DNA of 64,000 nt from contig NC_043012.1 of assembly GCF_006345805.1 (NCBI RefSeq), positions 2,542,001 through 2,606,000 on the forward strand, written 5' to 3'. Below are positions 52,758 to 63,954 of this stretch, piece by piece. This DNA is from Octopus sinensis. Its lineage: Eukaryota. The first letter of the stretch is position 1; each line of letters opens with the position of its first letter. A program made the translations under genes and the position numbers. The notes beneath the pieces were generated by a model that did no database searches, was not told the origin of the DNA, and saw only the letters and a list, made by a program, of their open reading frames with translations.

Positions 52758-53520
52758 CCTTTGTTACTAAAAGCACAAGGCCTGAAATTTTGTGGGAGGG
52801 GACTAGTCAATTACATTGACCCCCAGTGTTTCACTGATACTTTGTTAATTGACCCCGAAAGGATGAAAGACAAAGTCGACCATGGCAGAATTTGAACTCA
52901 GAACCCAAAGACAGATGAAATGCTGCTAGGCATGTTGTCCAGCGCGCTAATGATTCTGCCAGTTCACTGCCTTACCACACTAATAATAATAATAATGATA
53001 ATCCTTTTTAACTAGTGAGGGTCCATGGCTTAGTGGTTGAGGTGTTGTACTCACGATTACAAAATTGTGGTTTCAACTCCTGAACCAGGTGGTGCATTGT
53101 GTTCTTGAGCCAAACACTTAATTGCAAATTGCACTGCAATCACTTCGACACCTGATGTGTGTTACTCAGTGCACCTGTACAGGTAGCATTGATTTTGATG
53201 GAGGGAGAGAGCTAATGTTCAACACATACATTTGATCATTATAAAGACTGTTCAGTAAGAAATTGCAGAACAGTCTTTCTTGGACTACAAGAGACTGCCA
53301 CCCATCCAATCATTTTTACTACTGACACAAGGTCTGAAACTTATTGGGGACTGCTCAACTGGTACGTATTTTATTGACCCTGGAAAGATGAAAGGCAAAG
53401 TTGACCTCAGTGGAATTTGAACTCAGAACATAAAGATGAATGAAATACTACTAAGCATTTTATCCAGCATGCTAACAATTCTGCCAGCTTGCCACCTCTA
53501 ATAATGAAAATAATAATAAT
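52330..53520 (-). mobile_element. Cluster of four same-orientation family B SINEs with (AAT)n spacers, plus one family E copy (~53015-53230, +)
   Basis: Repeated TTGACCCC...GAAAGGCAAAGTCGAC...GGAATTTGAACTCAG blocks at ~52345, 52555, 52760 and 53315. Confidence 0.8.
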
Positions 53521-55102
53521 AATAGTAATAATAATATGGTTATTATCTACAGTGCTCAGGTTACACTACAATAGATAACTGAAGAAAATACAGAATTAAG
53601 CATACAACCAGTGGTACATTGACACAACACTAAATCCATGTAGGAACCAATCAGTAACAGTGAGATTCATTTTGTCTTGTTAACCCTACTTGGGTCTCAA
53701 ATTTCTGCGGTACATCTGAAACCATAACAAACCATGTAAGACTGTGCACTTTATATTGCTAAAGTTTGTATGAACACACCTCTCAACCTCATGCCTCTTT
53801 CACAGGAAAACAAAAATATCATAATTACAAGGCAGTTTACAATATATAGTGATTCCACTAGTGCTGGTAACACAATAAAAAGCACCCAATACTCACTGTA
53901 AATGGTTGGCATTAGAAAGGGCATCCAGACATAATAAACATGCCAAAGCTGACACTGGAGCCTGGCGTAACCCTGTAGCTTGCTGGATTCCACCAAACTG
54001 TCCAACCCATGACAGCATGGAAAACAGACATTAAATGGGTATGATGATGATGTCACAGACAACTTCTGGAGTGCCTGTAGCAAGATAAAATGCACTCTGG
54101 TTACATTGTAAAGTAGTTTTTCTTAGGAATGATATCCAACTGTAAGAAAGACTGTGCCAAATATGGAAAAGAACAAAAAGGGATAACATAGGTTTGGTGG
54201 GGGTGAATTTCCCAATTCAGTCTGGTTCATGGCCATGTCATGGTAAAAAATTTCAGATTTTGATTGTTGCCTGTGTAATGATTTGAGAACAAGAAGTCAT
54301 GTGAATTTCTAAATATAAAAATATGATGATGATGATGATGATGATTTACTGTTAAACAAATCAATGTATTGCAATTGCAACCAATGGCAGAAAAAAAAAA
54401 TGTTTACACCTGTTAAATCGTTCAACAGTTGTGATTGATGAAAAACAGCTGTTGTAGGTGTTTCTGTACTAGTAGCTGACTTAAAGCATGTACCATCACT
54501 GGTAGCTAGTGTAGAGGTAATGTTTCTATTAAGGAAAAAGAGCATCAAAAACAAATTGCTAATGACATCTTGTTCTGCCAGAATTCCAAGTGGTCAGCTA
54601 TTTGCTGACATCATCAATAATTGACCAGATCACGTTCATGTTAACGGTAATTTCTTTAATTGGTCAACTGTTTGCTAACAAAGTGCTTGTCATTGGAATA
54701 TAGTAATCCAATTTCAATTCTTAGGTGTTTGGGACTCTGCCAAATATATCTGCCACAGCCTTTTTAATATTGTAAAATGGCCAGTGAGAGGAAGGGCATC
54801 TAACTCCAAAAGCCATTATACAACTACAACAAAAGTTCTGTAGGAGCCAGCAAACATAAAGCTTGTGTGCACCAACTGGCATATATATATATATATATAT
54901 ATGTATATGCATGCATACATACACACACCACACACATACATACATACACACACATACACAGCTGCAAAATCGATGAATGACTTTCAGTAACCTTACAGAA
55001 TTTAAAATTCATGAAGCAAATCACTTTACCAGGTTTTGCTCTCTGTTTCTCTATATCCATAAGTCTCTATTTATCTATCTGTCTACATGTCTGTTTACTT
55101 AC

Positions 55103-55342
55103 CTCTCTAACACTCTCTGCCTTTCTCCCTTTCTTCCTTTGTTTTTCTCTTTTCTTTCTTTCTTGCTTTCTGTCTCTCTCTTCATTTCTTTTTTCTTTTC
55201 CTTCCTTCCTTTCTCCCTCCTCCCTCCCTTCCATTCCTCCTCTCCGCCTCCCCCCTCCCCCATCTTTCCCTTCCTCCCTCCCTCCCTTCCTTCCTTCCTC
55301 CCTCCCTCCCTCCCTCCCCTTCCTCTCTCTCCACACCTTCCT
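55103..55342 (+). repeat. CT-rich polypyrimidine tract upstream of exon 5
   Basis: Almost purine-free. Confidence 0.9.
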
Positions 55343-55467
55343 ATCTATGTACCTATCTATCTGTCTGTCTAGGTTTTTTTTTTTTTTTTTACACCTATCT
55401 CCACCTGAATTACAGAAACTTTCTAACATTCAATCTGCTTCTCTCTTTGTGATTCCTCATCTTGCAG

Positions 55468-55724
55468 GGTTTCAGAGGAAAGAATTCCGAGGCAAACTGG
55501 CCATTGCTGTGACAGCAAACTTCATCAACCGAAACACACAAGCTGAGGCTCGAGTAGAGGAAATCAGTGGAGTTGCATTTATTTACAATCAAAAGTTCTT
55601 TCATCAGCTTAAGGAAAAGACTGGTATTGACCTTGAGAACATCGTCTACTATAAAGACGCCACACATTATTTTGTAATGACAGCGAAGAAACAGAGCCTG
55701 CTTGATAAAGGCGTTTTGAAGCAT
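55468..55724 (+). CDS. Mical: MICAL coding exon 5 ([19 protein letters not shown]...LDKGVLKH)
   Basis: cttgcAG acceptor, CAT|GTAAGT donor, 257 nt; [15 protein letters not shown] and [10 protein letters not shown] are conserved MICAL motifs. Confidence 0.97.
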
Positions 55725-55758
55725 GTAAGTTTTTGGCAGAGATGGTCTTTTGTGGGGT

Positions 55759-56070
55759 AGAGAGACGGGAGCGAGTGAGAGATGGAGAGTTTGAGAGAGG
55801 GGAGTGAGTGAGAGATGGAGAGTTTGAGAGAGGGGGAGGGAGAGAAGGAGTGTAAGAGAGAGGGTGAGCGAGAGTGAGAGGAGAGTGTAAAAGAGAGGGG
55901 TGGGAGAGAGTGAGAGAAGGAGAGTAAAAGAGTGAGAGGGGGAGGGAGAGTGTGAGAGAGAAGGGGAGGGAGAGAAGGTGTAAAAAGGGGGAGGGGAGTG
56001 AGAAGAGAGTGTAAAAGAGAGAGGAGGAGGGAGAGCGAATCTATGCCTGAGAGAGCTAGGGGAGAGAGAG
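55759..56070 (+). repeat. GA-rich polypurine tract downstream of exon 5
   Basis: Almost pyrimidine-free. Confidence 0.9.
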
Positions 56071-56602
56071 ATTGTGTGTGTGTGTGTGAAAAGGAAAGAT
56101 AGTTGTAAATGAGTGTCACTGCCTTACAAGCAGTGTCGTTCCTTTCCAGTGTTCTGCAAAAAAAAATTATGTATATGTATGCATGCATATATCTATCTAT
56201 CATTATGATGTGTTTTCCACAGTTATAATGTGTGGCCACCGTTATGTTGTATCTACTCTAGTACCCGCAATATTTTCTTGGTATCAGATACAATGTATCT
56301 CTTCTATACTGGAATGGTAATACACTGCTTTGTCTATCATGCTATCGCAGATAGCTCTGCAAGAGACCGACTATGAACCATCTACCTTGACTGTGACTTG
56401 AACTTGACTATAACATGTAACTGACACTTAACTCCAACTGAGAACTCGTACAACAACTGATACACAACTCCCTGTACTGTTTGATGTCGTCTCACTTCAT
56501 AGTGGCTGGTTTACATCACTTGTCCTTTGGAAGGAATGTACCATTTCCACTACAACACACACATGCATATATATATATTTATGTATGTGTGTATATATAT
56601 AT

Positions 56603-56884
56603 AAAGAGTAAGAAGAAAATGGAGAGGTAATTAATAAATTATTTATTAATTATAAAATAGGACAATATCTCTGACAGCTGTTTCGATTCAGAAATCTTTA
56701 GATAATTAATTTATAAAATTAAAAATCATTATAAGATGAATCTCTTCAGAGGTAGTAAGAATATGATTTTAATTTTATAAATTAATTATCTAAAGATTTC
56801 TGAATCGAAACAGCTGTCAGAGATGTCATTTTTACAATTAATAAATAATTTTATTAATACCTCTCCATTTTCTCCTTATTCTTT
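56603..56884. repeat. ~280 bp inverted repeat (127/122 bp arms, 33 bp spacer) in (TA)n, Penelope-like
   Basis: 56667-56724 is the exact reverse complement of 56767-56824 (58 bp); outer arms have a few mismatches; (TA)n on both sides. Confidence 0.9.
56671..56751 (-). ncRNA. Type I hammerhead motif with canonical CUGAAGA core and extended stem II
   Basis: CU-CUGAAGA-GAUUCA(46 nt)UGAAUC-GAAA-CAGCUG-U-C-AG: palindromic ACAGCUGU stem III, GUC triplet; stem I only 2 bp. Confidence 0.65.
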
Positions 56885-57041
56885 AAATATATATATATGG
56901 ACCACGGTTCATGTGTTTACCTTTTGTTGATCTTTCTATAAATTGGTAACTAACCGGTATCTTCACTGGATTTATAATCCCTTAATGACATTTATTACCT
57001 TTACTTGATATATATGTATAATATATATATATATATATATT

Positions 57042-57234
57042 GTTAATCCAAACAAGAAAGCACAAAAAACACAAACGCGAGGACGTGGAACAAATATAGT
57101 ATTATTGGACGTTCAGGTAAGAAGGAGGGTATAACGTTTTGAGCGGAGCTCTTCGTCGGAAACATAGGAGAAGGAAAGATCCAGAGAAGGGAAGATAGAG
57201 GAAAAAAAAATTGCCAACAGTACACACGAGGTCA
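57042..57234 (-). mobile_element. (TA)n-embedded hammerhead-bearing element, copy 2 (degenerate ribozyme), MICAL intron 5
   Basis: Highly similar to 13182-13360; CCGACGA-A-GAGCUCCGCUC-AAAAC (G12 to A). Confidence 0.7.
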
Positions 57235-57764
57235 CATATATATAATTAATATATATATATATATTATGTGATAGTTGCATATTAGCATCACCATCATACA
57301 AGCAGTGTTTGTTTGTTGCCCAATCCTCCATAAAAACATGTCTGGTCATTGGGGAAATATTACCTTACTTGGAAAGCTTTGTCTGTGTTGAATTCTACCT
57401 TTCCAAATAAGAATTATTTCCTGTTCTCTCCAAGTTTATAAACTCTTATGACGCCAATAATAATAATAATAATAATGTTATTTATTCCGGCTTAAAAGTG
57501 GATGTTGTGTCAGAACACAGAAAACTGTGACAGTTACCATGAGAAAACCTCTCATGTGGAGTTGTAGTGCATATAAGCATTCTCTTTTATCTGCTCCACA
57601 AAACCATATGCAAGGATCTTTCATGGTAACTGTCACAGCATTGTGTTCAGACACAATTTTCCACTTATAAGTGGAGATAAATATTTCACTTGGGTATCAA
57701 TACAGCTTCTGTCACTATTAATTATTTTTTTAATAATTGTATGTATTTTTTCCATCTTTCCCAG

Positions 57765-58022
57765 GATTATTCTGACACTGGTTCACTCTTGTCACGGTCC
57801 AACGTTGACCAAGAAGCATTATTAACTTATGCCAGAGAAGCAGCTGATTTTTCTACAAACCACCAGCTGCCTCACATGGATTATGCGGTCAACCACTATG
57901 GGCAAGCAGATGTGGCCATGTTCGATTTTACTTCCCTTTTTCAAGCAGAGAACGCATGTCGTGTTTTAAGTAAACATAATCATAGAATGATTATGGCGTT
58001 AGTGGGAGATAGTTTATTGGAG
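57765..58022 (+). CDS. Mical: MICAL coding exon 6 ([10 protein letters not shown]...ALVGDSLLE), GD motif
   Basis: tcccAG acceptor, GAG|GTGAGT donor, 258 nt, phase 0; DVAMFDFTS and LVGDSLLE. Confidence 0.97.
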
Positions 58023-58148
58023 GTGAGTTACGGGTAAATGAATTTGCTCTGCTTGGTTTGAAATCTTTTGCCCTCTGCTTCTTGTTTCCATTTCAGTTAC
58101 ATGTAATTACGTGAAAGCTGTATTGTTTTAAACTTGTCTATCTACTCA

Positions 58149-58193
<45 letters not shown>

Positions 58194-58220
58194 TTGCATC
58201 ACTATATTTACACATAGATT

Positions 58221-58445
58221 TATAAAGCGGCGAGCTGGCAGAGACGTTAGCACGCCGGGCGAAATGCGTAGCCGTATTTCGTCTGCCGCAACGTTGTGAG
58301 TTCAAATTCTGCCGAGGTCGACTTTACCTTTCATCCTTTCGGGGTCGATTAAATAAGTACCAGTTACGCACTGGGGTCGATATAATCGACTTAATCCGTT
58401 TGTTTTTCCTCTCTGTGTTTAGCCCCTTGTGGGTAGTAAAGAAGT
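58221..58445 (+). mobile_element. SINE family B (AAAGCGGCGAGCTGGCAG head; Meta-domain-like middle), young copy
   Basis: GAGTTCAAATTC B-box-like motif then GGTCGACTTTACCTTTCATCCTTTCGGGGTCGATTAAATAAGTACCAG. The Meta-domain resemblance is from memory and unverified. Confidence 0.8.
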
Positions 58446-58806
58446 ATATATTTACACATAGATTGATGAGGAAGTAGATGTCCATACATATCTGGTTATG
58501 TGCATTCCACTTACATGCATACCCTCATGCATACATACTCCAACATACCCACGTGCACTAATTCACACATATGCACACAACTGCATTAACACATACATAC
58601 ACATCCCTAACCACCACTACCCACACACACACACTCACCTTCCAACATACACATGCATACTCTCATTCACACACAAAGCTCAACTCCAACACAAACACCA
58701 TACACCATTCCATACATCCATGCATACTCTATTGCAAAATGTTACCTCTGTATTTCTAATTATTATTATATTATACCAGATTATTGTTGTGTGTGTGTGT
58801 GTATAT

Positions 58807-59188
58807 ATTCTTTTTATTCTTGTATTCGTTTATTTGTTTAAGTCGTTTAACTGCAGTCATGCTAGAGCACCACCTTTAGTCAAGCAAATCGACCCCAGGA
58901 CTTATTCTTTGTAAACCTGGTAGTTACTCTATCGGTCTCTCTTGCTGAACCACTAAATGACGGGGATGTAAACACACCAGCATCAGGGACAAACACAGAC
59001 ACACAAACATATACATATATATATATACAATGGGCTTCTTTCAGTTTCCACCTACCAAATTCACTCGAGGCTTTGGTCAGCTTGAGGCTATAGTAGAAGA
59101 CACTTGCCCAAGGTGCCACACAGTGGGACTGAACCCAGAACCATGTGGTTGATAAGCAAGCTACTTACCACACAGCCACTCCAGTGCT
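58807..59188 (-). mobile_element. SINE family A, full length, MICAL intron 6
   Basis: Reverse complement of consensus. Confidence 0.85.
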
Positions 59189-59201
59189 TATATATATATA
59201 T

Positions 59202-59545
59202 AGGTGCAGGTATGTTTGTGTGGTGAGAAGTGTGTTACCCAACCATATGGTTTTGGGTTGTGTTCTATTGCATAGTTTCTTGAGCTGACCAAAGCCTTGT
59301 AAGTGGATTTGGTTGACAGAAACTGAAAGACGATCATCACACACACATGGGGGCGGGGCACATGTGTTTGTGTGTCATTGTGTCTATGTTTGTTGGTGTG
59401 TTGGCATTTCCATAATGTAGTGGTTCAGCAAAAGAGACCAGGCTTAAAAAAAACATTAAAAAAACCCCAAATAAGTACCAGGGTCAATTCAGGAGGTGCC
59501 CCAACATGGTCGTGATCTAACAACTGAAACAAATAAAAGATAAAC
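59202..59545 (+). mobile_element. SINE family A, old copy, head-to-head with the previous copy
   Basis: Diverged head, middle and tail motifs. Confidence 0.7.
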
Positions 59546-59626
59546 AGTAAAAGATGCAATATATTATGTTTATTATTATATTTCTAATTGCCTTTCTTAA
59601 TTTTCTCTTTCAAAAATATTTTTCAG

Positions 59627-59832
59627 CCTTTCTGGCCGACTGGATCTGGTTGTGCACGTGGATTTCTTAGTGCCCTCGATTCAGCTTGGATGATACGAAG
59701 CTGGGCAGGAGGCAAGTTGACTCCACTGCAAGTAATAGCTGAGCGCGAGAGCATCTACCGATTACTCTCTCAGACAAAGCCAGAGAATATCAACAAGAAC
59801 TATAATTTATACACAATTGACCCCAACACTAG
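59627..59832 (+). CDS. Mical: MICAL coding exon 7 ([14 protein letters not shown]...YTIDPNTR)
   Basis: tttcAG|CCT acceptor, AG|GTATGT donor, 206 nt, phase 2; [15 protein letters not shown] and [10 protein letters not shown]. Confidence 0.97.
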
Positions 59833-60990
59833 GTATGTGAAGCTTTATATTTATATTGCACACACACACATGCACATTTTGAATTTCTTTAATTTCCTGT
59901 TAAAAAACAGAAACCAAATCTCAGGCTGCTCAATATTTTTCCCATCAGTTGGTCTTTCAGATCCTCTCTGGCCATTTCTTCAGAGGAAAATTAATTATTG
60001 CTCTTCTATTTAGTGAACTTTGTTTTTATATACTCTCTCTCTCTCACACACACACACACACTCACTCACACATAAAAACATATATAGGTATTCTCACATA
60101 GACATTCGCATATAGATGTACACACGTGTAAACATATACACACAGACGTATGCACATAAGTGTATGCTCACAGATGCATGCACACACAAACATGCAAATA
60201 TATACACACAGATAAACACACACAGGCAAATGCACATATATTCATGCAGTCATATGTGCACAGATGCATGTGCATAGACATATACACATAGATATACATA
60301 GACATTCACACACAAACATGCAAACGGACCATAACACATAGATGTTCATATACAAACATGTACACACACACACAAAACGTGTGCACAGACATACATAGAA
60401 GCTCTTTCTTGGCTAATGTGAAGCAGTGTAATGCAGTGAATGAAGCACAGTGCAGTGTTGTTGTAATCAAAGTGCAATATATTGTAGTATTGCATTGTGC
60501 AGTATAATGGAAAATTGCATGCAGCCAATCGTTTTTGCGTCACTGACCAGTTTCATGCAAACACAATTTTTCCACAGACCAGGGGATCCCACGCATAACA
60601 AAACATAATAAAGTGCATAATATACGATTTGATTATTACATATGCAATCTACTGTATTAATACTCTTGTGTTTTTCTCCGTCGCAACATATGAATGAGAA
60701 AGGAAGCGGGTGATAGATGAATAAGGAAGGAAGGGGGGATGGCACACTGGTGGGATGGTGAACATTCAACACTGAAAAGAAAAATCAAACAGTGTTTCAC
60801 CTTTGTGTGTGTGTGTGTGTGTATATGTATACATGTGTGTGCATGTACGAGGGAAGTATGTGAATGTATGTGAACATTGACAAGTGTATTAATTTGATTT
60901 ACCATCCATATTTATATATATAATGCTACAGTTAGCCATCACTTTTGACTGCACGGGGCCAGCTAGTACATATATATATATATATATATA

Positions 60991-61290
60991 TATCACCGTG
61001 ACCGACCAGGCTATCAGATGTTATACATCGCTGGTCACAATGCGTTTGCATTGTTTTAGCCTTCAAATGATGCCACCCTGCTGGCTAAGTGAGCAGGCCA
61101 ACAGAAGAAAGAGTGAGGGAAAGTTGTGGTGAAAAAGTACAGCAGGGATCACCACCATCCCTGCCGGAGCCTCGTGGAACTTTAGGTGTTTTTGCTCAAT
61201 AAACACTCACAATGCCCGGTCTGGGGATCAAAACCGCGATCCTACGACCGCGAGTCCGCTGCCCTAACCACTGGGCCATTGCGCCTCCAC
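60991..61290 (-). mobile_element. SINE family C, full length in (TA)n, MICAL intron 7
   Basis: Reverse complement of 8943-9240; a 3' fragment also lies at ~48985-49108(-). Confidence 0.85.
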
Positions 61291-61331
<41 letters not shown>

Positions 61332-62184
61332 TAATACATGTGTAATGCAAACCACCTTGCAGACTGTGATAGTCAATAAAGTAGAAATAAAATTTTAAAA
61401 TTTATTCTTTCTATGTAGCTCATTACTGGTCCTTGGCTTTGGGGTTGGGGAACCCTGGTGTAGAGTTTAGTGTAGTGTGGAGGTGGTGTAGTTTCCTGCA
61501 AGGGTCCTGAATGGTTCCAGTATTATCTTGCTTTAGCTGACTGTTAGCTTCTACCAGATTAACAGACTCAACTGGTTCCCCTTTTCTTGTGTGTCCTTAG
61601 CAGTGTTCACTCTGTTGCAGATTTTCAGACCAGCCCCAGTTCTATTCTTCCGACTTTCCTCTCTCCATCAGTATTTTTTATTCAGGCAGACATTGATCTG
61701 TAGACATTCAGGATAGGCATCTGCAATCTAGAAAGGTTAAAAAGGTCATGAGTAGTACTACCCATCAATATCTGACTAGCAAAAAATATGGAAAAAAACA
61801 CCAATAAATATTCCCTAATATTTTCATAATACAAGTTGGCTGTTTGAAATCTCAGTTTACTTTTTGTTGTTGCACTCTTTCACTTTGTTTCTGATGCAAA
61901 ACACACATTTATCTACTATTTCCCTTCTATAACAGACGAGAGAAGTTATTTAATTAATGTTTTTGATTGCTTATTCCCCCCCCCCGCCAAAGGGTTGCAA
62001 CTGCATGCTTAACCTGCACAAGTTCTCCCATGACCTAAATTCAATAATATTAGTGCAGATTATGTCTCTTGCTATTCATTGATAATTGGTCAGCCCTTGA
62101 TGGAAACAGGCAGGAAGGCGATTTCTTTTCTCTAGAAAATAATAATGCAAGCAAATGCATTATTATAAATAAATATCTTGCGTG

Positions 62185-62700
62185 AATATAACTGCAGTTT
62201 ATAGAAGGACGATACCATAATTGCTGTAGGGATGATAGAGAGAAGAGAGAGTAGTACTTAACATAGGTCACCCATTTGAGTTCACCTGTCTTCATGTTTT
62301 GAGTTCAAATTCCACCGAGGTTGACTTTGCCTTTCATCCTTTTGTGGTCGATAAATTAAGTACCAGTTGCAGACTGGGATTGATCTAATTGACTGCACCC
62401 TCTCTCTCCAAAAATTTTGGGCTTTGTGTCTAGAGTAGAAAAGAATATAACTGCAGTTTATAGACGGAAGATGCCATTAATGCTGTAGGGATGATAGAGA
62501 GAAGGGATTATGGTACTTAATGTATGTCAACCATTTGAGTTCATCTTTCTTCACATTCTGAGTTCAAATTCCACTGAGGTTTACTTTGTGTTTCATCCTT
62601 TTGCGGTCGATAAAATATGTACCAGTTGCGTACTGGGATCAATGTAATCAACTTTCTCCCTTTACTGAACTTGCTGGCCTTGTGTCAGAATTTGAAATCA
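62185..62700. repeat. Old ~259-bp tandem duplication (unique flank plus family B 3' part)
   Basis: AATATAACTGCAGTTTATAGA at 62185 and 62444. Confidence 0.85.
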
Positions 62701-62804
62701 GTTATTATTTAGTCAGGTATCTTCAGCCAGCATCCTTTGTATATTTTAAAAGTCCTGTTTGCAGAAATTGTTTTCATGAAATTCACTTTAGATTTGATGT
62801 TTGT

Positions 62805-63197
62805 AGGTACAGACATGGATGTCTGGTTAAGAAGCTTGCTTTGCAACTGCACGGCTTTGGGTTCAGTCCCACTGGGTGGTACCTTGGGCAACTATCTTCT
62901 GCTACAGCCCTGGGCTGACCAAATACCTTGTGTGTGAATTTGGCAGGCAGAAACTATGTGGAAACCTACCACATACATGCATATATATATGTATGTGTGT
63001 CTTTGTGTTTGTCCACCTCCCTCCACTCACTGCTTGGTTTGTTTACATCCCCATAAGTTAGTTTGGCAAATGAGACCAATAGAATAAATACTAAATTTAA
63101 AAATAAGTCCTGGGACCAAGTTATTTGACTAAACCCTTTATGATGGTGCTCTAGCATGGCCACAGTCCAGTGACTGAAATACATAAAAGATAAAAGG
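62805..63197 (+). mobile_element. SINE family A, old full-length copy
   Basis: Diverged consensus match. Confidence 0.75.
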
Positions 63198-63253
63198 TAA
63201 AGATTGAAATGTTCCAGTCATGCAAGATTAAAAATAGGAAAGAAAAAGTAATC

Positions 63254-63573
63254 ACCAACCACATGGTTCCGGGTTCAGTCCCACTGCGTGGCATCTTGGG
63301 CAAGTGTCTTCTGCTATAGCCTCAGGCCAACCAATGCCTTGTGAGTGGATTTGGTAGACAGAAACTGAAAGAAGCCTGTCGTATATATGTATATATATAT
63401 GTATGTGTGTGTGTATGTTTGTGTGTCTGTGTTTGACCCCTGATGCTGGTGTGTTTACGTCCCCCGTCACTTAGCGGTTCAGCAAAAGAGACCGATAGAA
63501 TAAGTACTGGGCTTACAGAGAATAAGTCCCAGGGTTGATTTGCTTGACTGAAACAAGTAAAAGAGTAAAAGAG
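63254..63573 (+). mobile_element. SINE family A, 5'-truncated young copy
   Basis: Near-consensus from CACCAACCACATGG to tail. Further partial family A copies lie at ~33620-33780(-), ~36510-36660(-) and ~48147-48290(+). Confidence 0.85.
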
Positions 63574-63954
63574 GTGTTAAATCGATTGTTGGCTTTTGTT
63601 GGTGTAGTGAGAATGCAACTTTATAGTTTGTGGTACTGTGTTGAAAAATAGGTCCCATGAGATATGACTTAGTAAAGGAGGAGTTTTCATTAGATACTGG
63701 GCAGGAAGATAATCTTCAAGGGATCCGCCAACATCCTAATGGATTTATAACTTATTTCATCTCTTTCCTGTACATCTAGATGTGCACGTGTGTGAGGGGA
63801 GAGAGAGAGAAAGAAAGAAAGTGAAAAGGAGAAGTATGCATACAGTAGTCACCTAGATCTTCATTATAATCATACTGTGTTGGTAGACATTATTGTGTGT
63901 GTGTGTGTGTGTGTATATAATACAAATGCTTTATTTTCTCTTTCTTTTTTTTAG

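Noticed and set aside
55011-55467. N-terminal extension of the 249-aa ORF (55011-55760)
   Set aside because: Low-complexity CT tract read in frame; the true exon starts at the 55468 acceptor, fixed by phase and homology.
56899-57005. Fifth hammerhead in the TA-embedded unit (minus GUGAAGA...ACCGGUU)
   Set aside because: No stem II, GAAA is not positioned correctly, G3-G8 cannot pair, and there is no stem I; at most a deleted relic.
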